The translations under genes and the position numbers were made by a program. Below are positions 15,030 through 28,540 of a stretch of 64,000 nucleotides of DNA, piece by piece. The notes below the pieces were generated by a model. That model did no database searches. It saw nothing but the letters and a program-made list of their open reading frames with translations, and was not told the origin of the DNA. The stretch is from the human T2T-CHM13v2.0 reference genome, Homo sapiens. Where the stretch lies: the NCBI RefSeq assembly GCF_009914755.1, contig NC_060933.1; one strand, 5' to 3'. Position 1 is the first letter of the stretch. Each line of letters begins with the position of its first letter.

Positions 15030-15850
15030 GAGAAAATTTGATAAGAGTTCAATAAACTGACTTCATTCCAACCTTCCAATCTTTAGTCCATGTTGACCTT
15101 CAACCCACTGTATCAAAGGAATTAGCCAATGCCATAGCAAGGTGACAAACCTTACAAACTCTGGAGAGGAGGACTCGGTGGGGCTTGAAGGCTAATAAAA
15201 TATACAAACTTTTTTTTTAAAGACAGTAATGATCTTGGACTTACCTCAGAAACATTGTTTAGAAAAAGATCTAGTTGCCCACATCTTAAGGAAAACAGTC
15301 TTGAGTAATATGTAACACAGCCTGATGCAAACTCAATCCTGTCAAAATAATCTAATCTCTCCTGATGGAGTGACTAGCCCAGTAGATCAAGGGAAGAAGC
15401 AAGACACAATTTATATTCGGATTTTTACAAAGCTTTTGCTTCTGCTCCTCATGATATAATCATCAATAAACTGAGAAAATAGGATCTACACTGCATAGCT
15501 ATGAAATGGCAGGAAGGTCATGCCTGGCAGGGCGCTATCGGTGGAAAAGTGTCAGCTTTAGAGGGAGTATAATAAATGGGGCTCCAATGTGTTCAATTCT
15601 GGGCAGTACTCCAGTGGACATTTTTCATTAATGACCTGGAGGGTAGAATAATTATCACTGTTATTAAGTCTGCATATGAGACCAGACGAGGAGGAAGCAT
15701 TGAGGAAGGGCGGGGGGGCAGAGGCTGGAGGAAGAGGCCAGAGGGAGTCACCAGCCACAAAGGAATAGCTTATCAGAATTCAAAAGGACCTCAAAAGTTT
15801 GAAAAAGAAGCTACAAACAGAATGCATCTTAGGAAATAAGTACAATGCAT
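15030..15850 (+). mobile_element. L3/CR1 LINE reverse-transcriptase relic
   Basis: Degenerate CR1 RT motifs: FINDLEGRIIITVIKSAYETRRGG resembles FINDL...KFADDTKLGG; the upstream DNA resembles CQTNLI...VDQG...IYLDFSKAFD..PHDILI.KL. Confidence 0.8.
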
Positions 15851-15880
15851 GCTATTCCTTTTCCTTCTCCTAACGTTTAC

Positions 15881-16119
15881 CACAGCTCACTGCTACAGCC
15901 TTGACCTCCTAGGCTGAAGCAATCCTCCTGCCTCAGCCTCCTCGGTACTTGTGACTACAAGGCACGTGCCACCATGCCTAGCCAATTTAAAAATCTTCTG
16001 TTAAAGACAAGGTCTTGCTTTGTTACCCACGCTGGACTCAAACTCCTAGGCTAAAGCAATCCTCCCGCCTCGGCCTCCTGCAGTGCTGGGATTACAGGTA
16101 CGAGCCACCGCGCCGGGCC
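15881..16119 (-). mobile_element. AluJ (3'-truncated)
   Basis: Reverse-complement Alu body. Confidence 0.85.
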
Positions 16120-16329
16120 TTCCTCCTCTCTCCTTTCATGAGCTGTGAGGCTCGCTTCTCTTAAAAAAGGGCCACATTTACTCATTTGATAAATATACAA
16201 GAGATGCTTTGCTGAGTTCCTGAGCTACTTTGTTAAGCAATACAGTTCTGCTGTCTAATATCACAGAAAGAATTGGCTTACTGAGGAAGAAATTTAAAAG
16301 AAAATGACAACATCGTCTGAGAAGTCTTC

Positions 16330-16565
16330 TTTGGTCCTGGTCCACCATTTTCCCCTCTCCGAGTCTGAGTTAGTTATTTCTCTTAGGTGCTTTCACATTT
16401 CTTTCGGCCTTCCTCTGTCACACAACACTGAAGTGTAATCAGGTGTATTTATTTTTCTCCCCTCTAAATTGCCAGGCATGGGCCATGGATTCTGCACCTT
16501 GGTATCTCCCCAGAGCACAGCACCTGACACATAATGATGCTCAATAAAAGTTTATTGATTTAGAA
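16330..16565 (+). mobile_element. L2 3' end
   Basis: CACAGCACCTGACACATAATGATGCTCAATAAA. Confidence 0.65.
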
Positions 16566-18994
16566 CTAAATACAAATTATACACATAATAAGTGGCTTTA
16601 TGCAAGTATTTTTTTTTAAGCCTAGGGATGCCATCCTGAAACTCAAAAGTTAATGCCCTCCCTATAGCCAGAAAGTCAAGGCTAAAAGTAAAGAGCAGGG
16701 CATCTTCTGCATATATGGTAATTTCATATGCGGCTATGAAGTGCCCTCATTCACATCTACAGAATGCGTGAGGGCAGACGGCAAGACTAAGCAAGAATGT
16801 CTTCACGGAGAACGCTTTAAGTGAAGGAAACAGAGGAGGGTGAGAAGGAGGGGAAGACCCCACAGAAGGAATGTTCAGGAAACCAGGGGCGGCTGCAAAC
16901 CTGAAGCTGAGACCAATAGGAAGACCCCAGAAAGGGTGAGGTCAACAGCACCAAAGACGGCAAAGAAATTAAGGAAGAAGACATACCTGAGGCGGAAACC
17001 CTAGGTGACACGAGCAAGTCAAAATGTGTTGAAATTGTGAGTGAAAATAGAAGACAGCCATCCAAGGGCAGAGATAAAAACAAGGGCATGAGTTTGGAGA
17101 GCACAAACCATCTGTGACGTAGATTATGCGATGATCCAAGTATAACCAAGGATGAGGAAGAAGTGAGGTCCTTCACTGGAAAAGTGGTGCCATACATACA
17201 TTTACAAATAGTATGGATTATACAACTAGTATGAGATAGACAAAGGCTACAAAAATAATAAAGTTAACTTAGAAGAACCCTTAACCTTAATAAGAGGGGA
17301 GTACTTCCATGGTTGAAACTTGTTTTATTTATAATGTGCATTCACATAGCTTTCTGGAGAAGAGCGTTCATATCAATAGAAAGTAACTTAGAACAAATGT
17401 GCAAATTTTGTCTGAAACTACCTCTTCTTATTCAATAAATGCTGTTCTCAACTATAGCCAAATCTGTCTCAGCTTTATTGTGGCTCCAATTCTGGCAGTG
17501 GACAAGAATTGTCATATCTCACATTTAAAGGTGACATCACTTTATATAATTTAGTTTTTTTTTTTTCATTTTCTCTTCATTTTTATTGAGAAAAGGGACA
17601 GTGAGAGAGAAATGTGGAAAGAAGATATAGAGTAGAAGCAGGCATTTGAAAATTTCACATCTGATATAAGCTGTTTCCCGTTCTTCAAATCATGCCTCTG
17701 CTGCTGCTACTGTCATAAATTTAACTGGCTTACCTTTAATCACAGGGAATGGTAGGCTACTGAAACATACATTTTCCAAAATAATCCACAAAATCCAAAA
17801 TACACAAAAATAAATATTGAGATGAGTTAGGCTCAAAATGTGATCCAGTCTTTCCCAATAGTTTGTTTAACCAGCAGGGTCATTTCAGGCAACTCAGATG
17901 AAAGGATTCATTTAGCAATTGAAAATGAGCATCCATTAGCAGTTACAAAAATTTAAATTCTAACATTTACTCATCAAAATAAAACAAAAACTCCAATATA
18001 ATCATGTCACATTATTATATACAAATTTTGTCACTAATCATGGGGTCAAAAGTTAGAAAGTGTTGCAATCTTTAAAATATTCCCATCAGTTTGAGATTAT
18101 GGGTTTTTTTTCCCTCATCTCCTGCACAAAATTATTCCTAGGCAACTTTTAAGTCACTGTATAACTGGTACCAACAGTGTTGATACAATTCTTTAGTTAA
18201 AGTCATTAAGTCTGTTTTGGAATATCTGATTCCAAGGACCTAAATCAAGGGGTGAAAATGAAAAAATGCAAACATGCGGCTGATTAGAAAAATGGTTATA
18301 ATAGGCCTTACTGCTGTTATTATTGAATGTACAAGTGAAATAACCATTAGCCTGCTTTAACCACTGAAAAACACCCTATGGTGGTACTTGAGTGATTTGA
18401 TGCATTTTTGTACACAATTGCTGTGCTAACAGAGCAGACATTTACCCCATAACAAAGGAAATCTCAAATGTAAGCCTTAGGGTTTACAGCAATTCCAGAA
18501 TACCAAACCACTACTAAGGATTTTAAATGAAACCCCTGCTGATCTGTTTACTGATTAAACCCTTTGTCTCCTCAAAACAGTAACATCATTCACAGGACAA
18601 ATTATTGATAAATTGCAGAATGTCAAACAAAGATAAGCAGGAAATTAAAAATCCATAACAGACATTAGCTTTAGGAAATGCACTTAACAGAATATGATCA
18701 TTGGTCTAGATTCACTTTTTTCTTTGTGTATTTTAAGATATAAAGGTCTGCGAGAGGCTCCTATTATCACTGTATACAGAAGAACAGAACTGCTTCAGCT
18801 ATGGAAAGAATGAGATGAGCCAAGCACTCTTTTGATTGTTGAGGATAATCTATAAACACAAGACACAAAGTTGACCCTGAAAGTGATCTCCTCTCACCTC
18901 CTCACAAGGGATGGCAAGCTAGCAGTATCGTTACAGGGCACAAAACAGCGTTTAGGAAAGGTTCCTAAAGGAAATCATTCTTCCATGCAACCAT

Positions 18995-19019
18995 GTTGCC
19001 ATGGCAACCAAACCAATCA
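18995..19019. promoter_or_regulatory. Perfect RFX X-box with adjacent CCAAT box
   Basis: GTTGCCATGGCAAC at 18995-19008 and AACCAATCA at 19011-19019. Confidence 0.6.
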
Positions 19020-19862
19020 AGCTTCTTCACAAAGGCTTTTATGTCAAGTTCTGTTAGCAAACTCATATAGAAAGTATAACTCAACTAAATTAACACTACA
19101 TTTGTTACCCTGTTAGAGATGGAAGAAAGGTACAAATCCTTTAAAAATTAGAGAAATAGGCACTCTTTCCATATCAACATGTTAAATTACTCAAGTTCAG
19201 TCTTTTTACATAAACAAAAGCCTCTTGAAGTCTCTTCTTTAGGAATAGAAGAAGAAAGGGAATTTTACCTAGCAGTACAAGCCCTTTCCAAAAATAGATT
19301 CTTTCCTCACCTTCTAAGGAATACAACAACAGAATTCTTGCATCTTGCTGAATCTTTTATTGTCATTTCTTTGCAAACCTGTGCTTCAGATACATCTGTG
19401 TTATAAGTGTAACTTACACGGAAGAAATCCTAGCATTTACCACTCAGCATTTTTAAGGCAAGTAGAATAAGTGAATCAACAATATGAACCCCTTTGATTA
19501 AAGAATATTTTTCCTTCGGTATAGCATGATGAAGCTGTAATATCAATTACGGCCTTAAATTTGAAGGCCATTTTATGTTACTGACATAGTTTCACACTAG
19601 GGCAACTCCATTTCTATGACATTTCTCATGCTAGTTAAATTCACTTCTTAAAAGCAAAACAACAGCTATGAGCAAGAGCTTTAATGAACCTTAGTAATCT
19701 GACACTCAGCTCCAGAGCCAATGGATTTTATAAGAAATGGACACCATATCATGTTGAATAAATCTTTCATATTCCTATCTTTAATTTTATTTAGAAATAG
19801 TAAAAGAAGTTCTATGTTCTCAAGAGTAAAAGTTTTATAATTTAGATGTAGAGAAAACACAC

Positions 19863-20117
19863 CCAGCCTGGACAACATAGTGACACCCTGTCATTACAAA
19901 ACAAATTGTTTTTCTTTTTTTAATTAGCTGGGTATAGTAGTGTGCACCTGTAGTGCCAGCCAGCTCCTTGGGAGGCTGAGGTACAAAGATTGCTTGAGCT
20001 CAGGAGTTCAAGAATGCAGTGAGCTGTGATCACACCACTGTCCTCCACCCTGGGTGACACAGCAAGCCCCTGTCTCTAAAGTAAAATAAAATAAAACAAA
20101 ACAAAACAAAATAAAAT
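19863..20117 (+). mobile_element. 5'-truncated AluJ with (TAAAA/CAAAA)n tail
   Basis: Alu body with a simple-repeat tail. Confidence 0.88.
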
Positions 20118-20859
20118 ATACCTTCTATCAATTTCATAGAATGGTAAAATCCATAAAATACCTAATAAGCATACTGATTATGGGAGTTGGTAGTGTGTCT
20201 AGCCTCTGTCCTAACAACCATCTTAAATTTCAAGTAGGTTTCTTCTTCTTGGACTTCTTGGTAGAATTTCAAGATTCCTGATGACCAGATTTTGCTCCAA
20301 AACATTTGACAACTAAGACTGGGTTGGAAATAATAACCAAGATAAATTTGGATCAAATAAAACTACAGTTAGTTGCTCAGGGGTTTTTAAAAGGCAAAGC
20401 ATCATCAATACCATTAAACATAAATTTTACAACCTGAGCTTCCAAATTGCCTGTTATAACTCACGGCTTAGTGGGAATATTTTCAGGGCATTTTAGATAG
20501 AGTTAAATTGTAACTCTTGAATTTCAATTGAACTACAATTAAGAGCATCTGAAACACTGTATAAATCAAGATTATCCATTTTAATTTCTAGGTGTTTGAT
20601 ACATCAGAAGCCAAAGGTTTAAAGCTTTGGAAAATATCACTTTAATTGACTTTAAACATAAAATTGTATACCTCATCCTAATTAAATGATAGCATTTTAC
20701 ATTTGTGTGGCCACTGGAAAATTTACAATCTATATTCTCTGCCTCACCTTATTTGATTCTCTCTACAGTTTTAGCGGATAGGCAGAGAGATAAAAGAAGA
20801 AAATAGGGTTAATTTGGTTTAATAACTTATTTATAATACTGCCTTTAACAATAATAATA

Positions 20860-21090
20860 GTAAGATTAATCATTTAGTAAACACTTACAGGCCAGGTAGT
20901 GTCCTAAGAGCTTTCTTCCTCATTGCTAATGTCATGATCATATACAAATGTCTTCAATTCTCACAGTAATTAAGGTGAGGTTATTCTCATTTTACAGATT
21001 AAAACACTGAGACTCAGAAAGGTTAAGCAATCTGGCAAAAGCCACATAGTCAAAAAGTTAAGTCTCCAGAATGCAAAATCATACCTACTG
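20860..21090 (-). mobile_element. MIR
   Basis: CTCATTTTACAGATTAAAACACTGAGACTCAGAAAGGTTAAG. Confidence 0.75.
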
Positions 21091-21826
21091 AATTAGTATT
21101 ATATTCATTTGCCTAAGAACAGACCAAATACTTAGATGTGCTTCTTACAAGAGCACTGCTTCTTACGCACATATTTAATTGTTACTAATTAATATTTATT
21201 GCATTTATAAAATTTCAAATAATTTGGCTTTGGTAATCACGATTTTGAATTTCAAATCATTTGGCCATTTTTGATATCAACATAAATTCAGCCATTCTGA
21301 ACACATAGCTGTTTGTTCGTACAACAGATTTAAACAATTACTCCCGAAGAGTTCCCCGGTAACATTTGGAAGAATAGAGAATCTGGTAACTAACCAGGAA
21401 AACGACATAGCACTCTAGTCCACTACTAGTTGCAATGTTCGACTACTGGGTTAAATACAAAATATTGCCATGTCAGAAAAAGGCATAAAATGCTAGAAAA
21501 TGATGGTTTAACAAGAGATCAACTTTCAAAATTAAAAACATAAAAATGTATCCTTAACGTTGTTAGGATCAAAGGAAATCACTATCTTTGGTGATAAATT
21601 AAACACCAAGCACTTACTCTGTGTCTTGAGTATTCCATTATTAAGTGGAAACAATTACTATTATCAAAGTTTGTGACTTACTTGACATGCTTGAATAAAT
21701 AAAACATATAAACTATATAAAAGCTCATTCTAATACAACATATGTGAGGTAGACTGATCTGTTTCATATTCATATATTAACTTATATTTTATTTTATTAT
21801 ATTTCTCTAATATAAAAGCTCTTTGG

Positions 21827-22138
<312 letters not shown>

Positions 22139-22559
22139 TTATTAACTTTCTACATTACATTTTAGGCACTTTCAATAAAATGTGGGAGATTGTTAGTTAA
22201 AGTCAGATTCCTTTGTGACACAGCATCGTGAAGTTGTTGATAGCCGGAATTAACCAGATAATTCCTTCAACTGACATACAATCAGAGAGCACAAAACGAG
22301 CTGAAAGATCACACTGGGGCTCTCCTGTGTCTTGTTCTCCTTGTCCACACAATCATATGCTCAGGAAGCTAAGTATTATAAAAGTATGACATCCCCTGAC
22401 AATTGAGTTGAGTGCCCTTGTTTCAACATTCTTAAAGTAGCCATTCACAGCAGACGGCATCACTTTTGAGGCAACATTTCAGACATTCTGAAATTTCATT
22501 CTCTGTTTGTAAGAGCAGAGAAAAAGATATAAATCAGAATATGTAACAATAACATAGGA

Positions 22560-22790
22560 AACTATTTGCTAACACTTTCTATATATACATATATGTTTAT
22601 ATTCTTAAAATATATGCATATCTGTAGCTTTAATATAACCACAAATAATACAGGTGCAATTCTGATGTCTACTGCACAGATGTGAAAACTGAGGCACACA
22701 TAGATTAAGTAATTTAATGAAAGGTCACTCAGCTAGTTAAGTGGCAGAGCTACTTACTGTACTAGGCAATCTAGCTCCATAAGCCATCTT
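22560..22790 (-). mobile_element. MIR
   Basis: ACAGATGTGAAAACTGAGGCACA...AAGGTCACTCAGCTAG. Confidence 0.75.
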
Positions 22791-24130
22791 TTCAACCTAA
22801 ATTTAATATGAGGAAGAGAGTCTCTGCTCTCATAACAGCTTTTTATTGAAGAGAGTATATTTAAATATACAGAATATATTTATAATTTTAATAAAGCCTG
22901 ATCATATTCATTAGTTAATTATAAAATGTCAGAAAAAATATTAAGAAAGTAAGTGTTTGGTGTTTCATTTACCATCAAAGACAGTGATTTCCTTTAATCC
23001 TATCAAGGTTAAGGATACATTTTTATGTTTTTAGTTTTGAAAGTTCAACTCTTGTTAAACCATCATTTTCTAGCATTTTATGCCTTTTTCTGGCATGGTA
23101 ATATTTTGTATTTAAAGAAATCAATTTCTCAGCGAACGCCTCCTTGAAATTAAAATATATACATACTACACACCACACACACACACACACTTTTTGTGTA
23201 TGTATATATGTCTCTGGACTCACACAAGACTCAAAGAGTAGAGTCACAGAATACCTCTATATTATGTTCCACTATCCCTTTACAATTGCTTAATGGTGAA
23301 AGTTCTTTTCTACTCCCTACACGACAAGTCAAGGAGTCTACTTATTTTTCTAACTCTTAATAATATGATGTCATACAATCATTTTAAGTTATCAAACACA
23401 GTCCCAATTCAGAAATTAGAGTGCCCAGTTCAGCATATTAGTCGCACTTGAAACTTTCAACTTATAGCCACCTCCCTTTCCCAGCTAGGGTTGGCTATAG
23501 ACCAGCATCAGAAAATAAGTGAAAAAAGGTATGATCAGCCCCTTCTTCTCCTTTTTCACCTCCTCTGATCCCTCTGCTCCTCTTGATAGGTATTTTCTTG
23601 AACTATGGGGTTTAAGTAGTGAGAAAAAGGAAACAATGGGAATAAGAAAATTCTTAGATGATCACAGTTGGTAGCTGGCCACATACATGCTCTCTGGGTT
23701 TGGCCCATGTTTACAGCCACCTCTCTCTCTCTCTGTCTCTCTCTCTCTCTCACATGGTAAGCTCATGGCTTCTTCAGAAGGCACTCACTCCTGGACTCCT
23801 GTTACCTGCTGTGCTGAATGTGGGTGCCATAGTCTACCCCACGCATCACTCACTCCTTCTACAACCCCTAGGAATTCAAGGTAACTTCTACTGCGGTTTG
23901 TTTCTTTCTCTTAGCAGCTCCTTGGATAAGGCCCAAGAGGGCATCCACTCTTGTCTGCAAGAAACATTTAGAAATCCCCCTTTCCCCTAAGAGTGGAGGC
24001 CAATCCCAATGCAGTCACCTCTTCTTTCCTCCACTTTGTGAGAAACAACTAACTGGCCTGGCTCTTGACTGTTTTAGACTTTCTAAGTAGAAATAACAAC
24101 ATCCATCCAATAAGTTCCTTCAACTTCAGG

Positions 24131-24407
24131 AAACAGAGTCTCGCTCTGTTGCCCAGGCTGGATTGCAGTGGCACAATCTCGGCTCACGGCAACCTCCGCC
24201 TCCCAGGTTCAAGCAATTCTCTGCCTCAGCCTCCCGAGTAGCTGGGATTACAGGCAACTGCCACCATGCCCCACTAATTTTTGTATTTTTAGTAGAGACG
24301 GGGTTTCACCATCTTGGCCAGGCTGGTATCGAACTCCTGACCTCGTGATCCACCCACCTCGGTCTCTCAAAGCACTGGGATTACAGGCGTGAGCCACCCA
24401 TCTGGCC
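24131..24407 (-). mobile_element. AluS lacking an A tail
   Basis: Reverse-complement Alu body. Confidence 0.92.
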
Positions 24408-25074
24408 TGAAAACTAACTCTTTAACAAGGCAAAAGTCTTTAAATATTCTGTGATCATAGACAGTTACAGGATTTGTTGCCACCACTTTGGCAAACATGA
24501 AAGTCACTGTGAAAGCAGAAAACACATTTTTAGTGGTTTTGGTTTTGGTTTTGTTTTGCTTAGTAAGCATTTTTCAGTCTCCATTATTTCATAAATGCAC
24601 AAGGGGCTACACCCTTCTTATGTTTCTTACTCTGTACCAAGTTGAGTCACTGAAAGTTTCCCCCAGTGATTTAGTATATCTGGTCTCTTTGATTTTTGCC
24701 CCTGGAACATTCATCCATGCCCAGGTAATGTCTGCCTTAGAAAGGGCTCTAGTACCCTAACTGCTATCAAAGCAAACTCAGATAGAGAAATAAAAGGCTA
24801 TAAGAACTGGAAATAAAATGTTAAAGTACAAACCAATATAATCATGTGTTCTGACAGAGAAAGTATACTTTAAATTGTGCACAGCCAGGCGCTCACTACA
24901 ATTTGGAAATTCTCCCAGAGAGAGTAGAACTGTTACATTTATACCTTGGTTGGAAAGTTAAGGACATGGTTGTTGAAGGCTAATGTTAAAACGCTACCAC
25001 AGGAGAAGGGATGATTCACTGAGATAAAGTAATTATGGAAGTCAAACACATGCTTACAAGTACAGTATCAATAA

Positions 25075-25250
25075 CAATATTATTGAGGACTTATTTGTGT
25101 TATGCATTATACCTCACAGCCTTCGGTTGGGGCTATTATTTTTATACCCAAATTAGACATAGGAAACCAAAGCTAACAGAGATTAAGCAATTTGCCCAAG
25201 GTCCCGCAGCTGACAATGGAACAGAACTGGAATCCAATTCTGTTAAACTT
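25075..25250 (-). mobile_element. MIR
   Basis: GAGATTAAGCAATTTGCCCAAGGTCCCGCAGCT. Confidence 0.7.
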
Positions 25251-25939
25251 CAACCCCCTCCCATCCCCCAAAACCACCAGTGCTGCAGTCATTTACTTAA
25301 GCTACGGCAATTTAACAGGTTAGAAAGCAGAAAGGATTAACAGATTTCCATTCCTCCAAACTAAGCCCAGTGTTCACACAGCCCACACTGGAATCTTTCG
25401 AAAATAACATTTCTGGTCAAGTCAGTCCTCGGTATGAAATCTTCCAATGCTTTCCCATCTACAGCTGAAGAAAGTACAGAGGATCTAGTAAGACATTTAA
25501 TACTCAGGGTTCTGTTTCCATTTTACTCAACAGCCCACACCCCACAGCCTCTTCTTGAAGCCCTCTTCTCTCCCGGTATTCTACTCTACTTTAATATCCT
25601 AGTTTTCTTCTTACCACTTGGGCCTGTTCTTTCTCAGGCTCCTTAGAAGTTTCACCCCCTTTGCCTGACCTCTAAATGTTCAGTGTTCCACTGAACCCCT
25701 TCTTAAAATTCCTGGATGATTTCATCCCTTCCCACAAAGCTTTAATTGCCATCTTTGGTTTCAATGATTCACAAACTTTTAACTCAACAGCAATTGTACC
25801 TTTGAACTACAGAATCATGTAATACATAGCCCTTCCCCACCTTGCATGCTTCATGGAAACCTTAAACCAATAGTTTCCAAGCTGATTTCCTTATCCGCCA
25901 GCAAGTTTATATGCCAGCCTTCCCCATCTCAAGAAATCA

Positions 25940-26169
<230 letters not shown>

Positions 26170-26175
26170 CCATTT

Positions 26176-28540
26176 TGTTACAGGAAAGGAGTCTTGATCC
26201 AGACCCTAAGGGAGGGTTATTGGATTTTGCGCGAGAAAAGATTAACGGTGAGTTTGCAGTGCAAAGTGAAAGCAAGTTCATTAAAAAAGTAAAAGAATAA
26301 AAGAATGGCTACTTTATAGACAGAGTAGTCCCAAGGGCTGCTGGTTGCCCATTTTTATGGTTATTTCTTGATGATATGCTAAACAAGGGGTGGATTATTC
26401 ATGTCTTCCCTTTTTAGATTGTATAGGGTAACTTCCTGATGTTGCCATGGCATTTGTAAACTGTCATGGTGCTGGTGGGAGTGTAGCAGTGAAGACAACC
26501 AGAGGTCACTCTTGTCGCCACTTTGGTGTTGGTGGGTTTTGGCTGGCTCCTTTACTGTTACCTTTTATTAGCAAGGTTTTCATGGCCTGTATTTTGTGCT
26601 GACCTTTTATCTTATCCTGTGACTTAGAATGCCTTAATCGTCTGGGAATGCAGCCCAGTGGGTCCTAGCCTCATTTTACCCAGCTTTTATTTAAGATGGA
26701 GTTGCTGTGGTTAGCACACCTTTGACATTTCCCCTCTCCCTTTTATAAGAGAACCTTTGATCCTAAGGGTTGCCCAGGGACAAAGATCTATTTTTTGTAA
26801 CTTTTTTAGGCCAAATAGGGGCGATGATATTTTGGCCTAACTATGGGGGTCTCTTGCATTCACGGTAGAGAAGAGCTTCGTTAGAAAGTGTTAGTATGGT
26901 AAGGTTTATTTATAACTTTTGAGTTTTGACAAAAGGTGGTATCTGTAAGATTAGTTAACTGTTTAATAAAACATTCAGTAAGCTTGTTTTGTATTCTTAT
27001 ACAAAGAGTATAACAGTAATATATTTCACAAGAGTAAAGCAAAATAAGTTATTTTAAGTAAACTAAATTAGAAGGCTTTTTATGAACTGGGCAACTGTTG
27101 GAACTAAGCTGATACCGGGTTGTCAGCTGATTGTAATGTGCCCAGAATTAGAATACTGATCCAGATTTTTACATTACTTATTCCTTTTGGTTTTTTTTGA
27201 GCAGCAGTTAGAGATCACTGGTTGGTTCACAGGAATAAGCAGGGTTTGCTGAAATTGCAGAAATAAGCTTAGAAACAACTAATGAGACTAGAATTTAATA
27301 ACAAGTATAGTATAGTTCTTGAAACGTAGTATTTTTCCCAGTTTTCCATTTTCACTAAAGATAAATTATGGTAAGACTGATTTGCTTTATTATACTTGGC
27401 CTGATTATTTGTATAAAGTGCAGTAAGAATAATTATTTTTTACATAGGCTTTTTAAAAATTGGCTTTGATGGAACTTTGTTTCATAGAAGGAATTTTAGA
27501 TAAGACTTTTTTAAAGCTGAGCCCTGCCATGAGTTTGTACCTTTAAATATTTATGAGTTGGGTAAATTTCTTTCTTTTTGAGGTCCCAAGATAACTTGTG
27601 GTTTCTGGACCTGTTAGAAAGTGATATTTTTTATTTGGCACAGGTTAGAAACCCTGTATAGGGACTGTTTTAGGCAAGGTATGTGGCCAGTTTTCTAAAG
27701 GGTTTTTATTGGCTTTACAAGTTAAGTTTGATAACTTAAAGGAAAGTACACCATTTTAGTTAAAGCCTTGGTAAAATAACCAATTTTTAAAATTGTGTCC
27801 TGTGACAAAAGAAAACAGATGTTTATTGCACTCATGTAAATAACTATATTGTCATAAGAATGCTTACAACTAGTTTTTAAAATTCTGAAAAAATGAGGTA
27901 GAGAGAAATAAATATGCTCTAAATTTTTTTATAGGAGTACACTTAACTGTTAAAAGCTGTAATAGCTTAAAAGAAAAGGTTCCTTGACTTTGAAAAATAA
28001 AAGATTAGCAACGTTTTAAGCAAAGTTTAAAAGAGAGGGTTCTTGGATTTTGGCAAGAAAGAATTCATGGTGAGTTCGCAGTGTAAAGTGAAAGTAAGTT
28101 TATTAAGAAAGTAAAGAAATAAAAGAATGGCTACTTTATAGACAGAGCAGCCATGAGGGCCGCTGGTTGCCCATTGTTATGGTTATTTCTTGAAGAAATG
28201 CTAAACAAGGGGTGGATTATTCATGCCTCCCCTTTCTAGACCATATAGAGTAACTTCCGACATTCCCATGGCATTTGCAAACTGTCATGGCGCCAGTGAG
28301 AGTGTAGCAGCAAGGATGAGCAGATGCCACAATTGTTGCCATTTTGGTGTTGGTGGGTTTTGGCCAGCTCCTACTGTAACCTGTTTTATCAACAAGGATT
28401 TTATGGCCTGTATTTTGTACTGACCTTTTATCTTATCCTGTGACTTAGAATGCCTTGTCTGGGAAGGCAGCACAGTAGATCTTAGCCTCATTTTACCCAG
28501 CTTTTAAGATGGAGTTGCTCTGGTTCACAGGCCTCTGACA
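26176..28540 (-). mobile_element. Internally deleted MER41 provirus: 3' LTR 26176-26727, internal 26728-28030, truncated 5' LTR 28031-28540
   Basis: Two MER41A-type LTRs in the same orientation; PPT (GGGAGAGGGGAAA on the minus strand) abutting the 3' LTR; flanks ATTT and ATTC as an imperfect 4-bp TSD. Confidence 0.88.
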
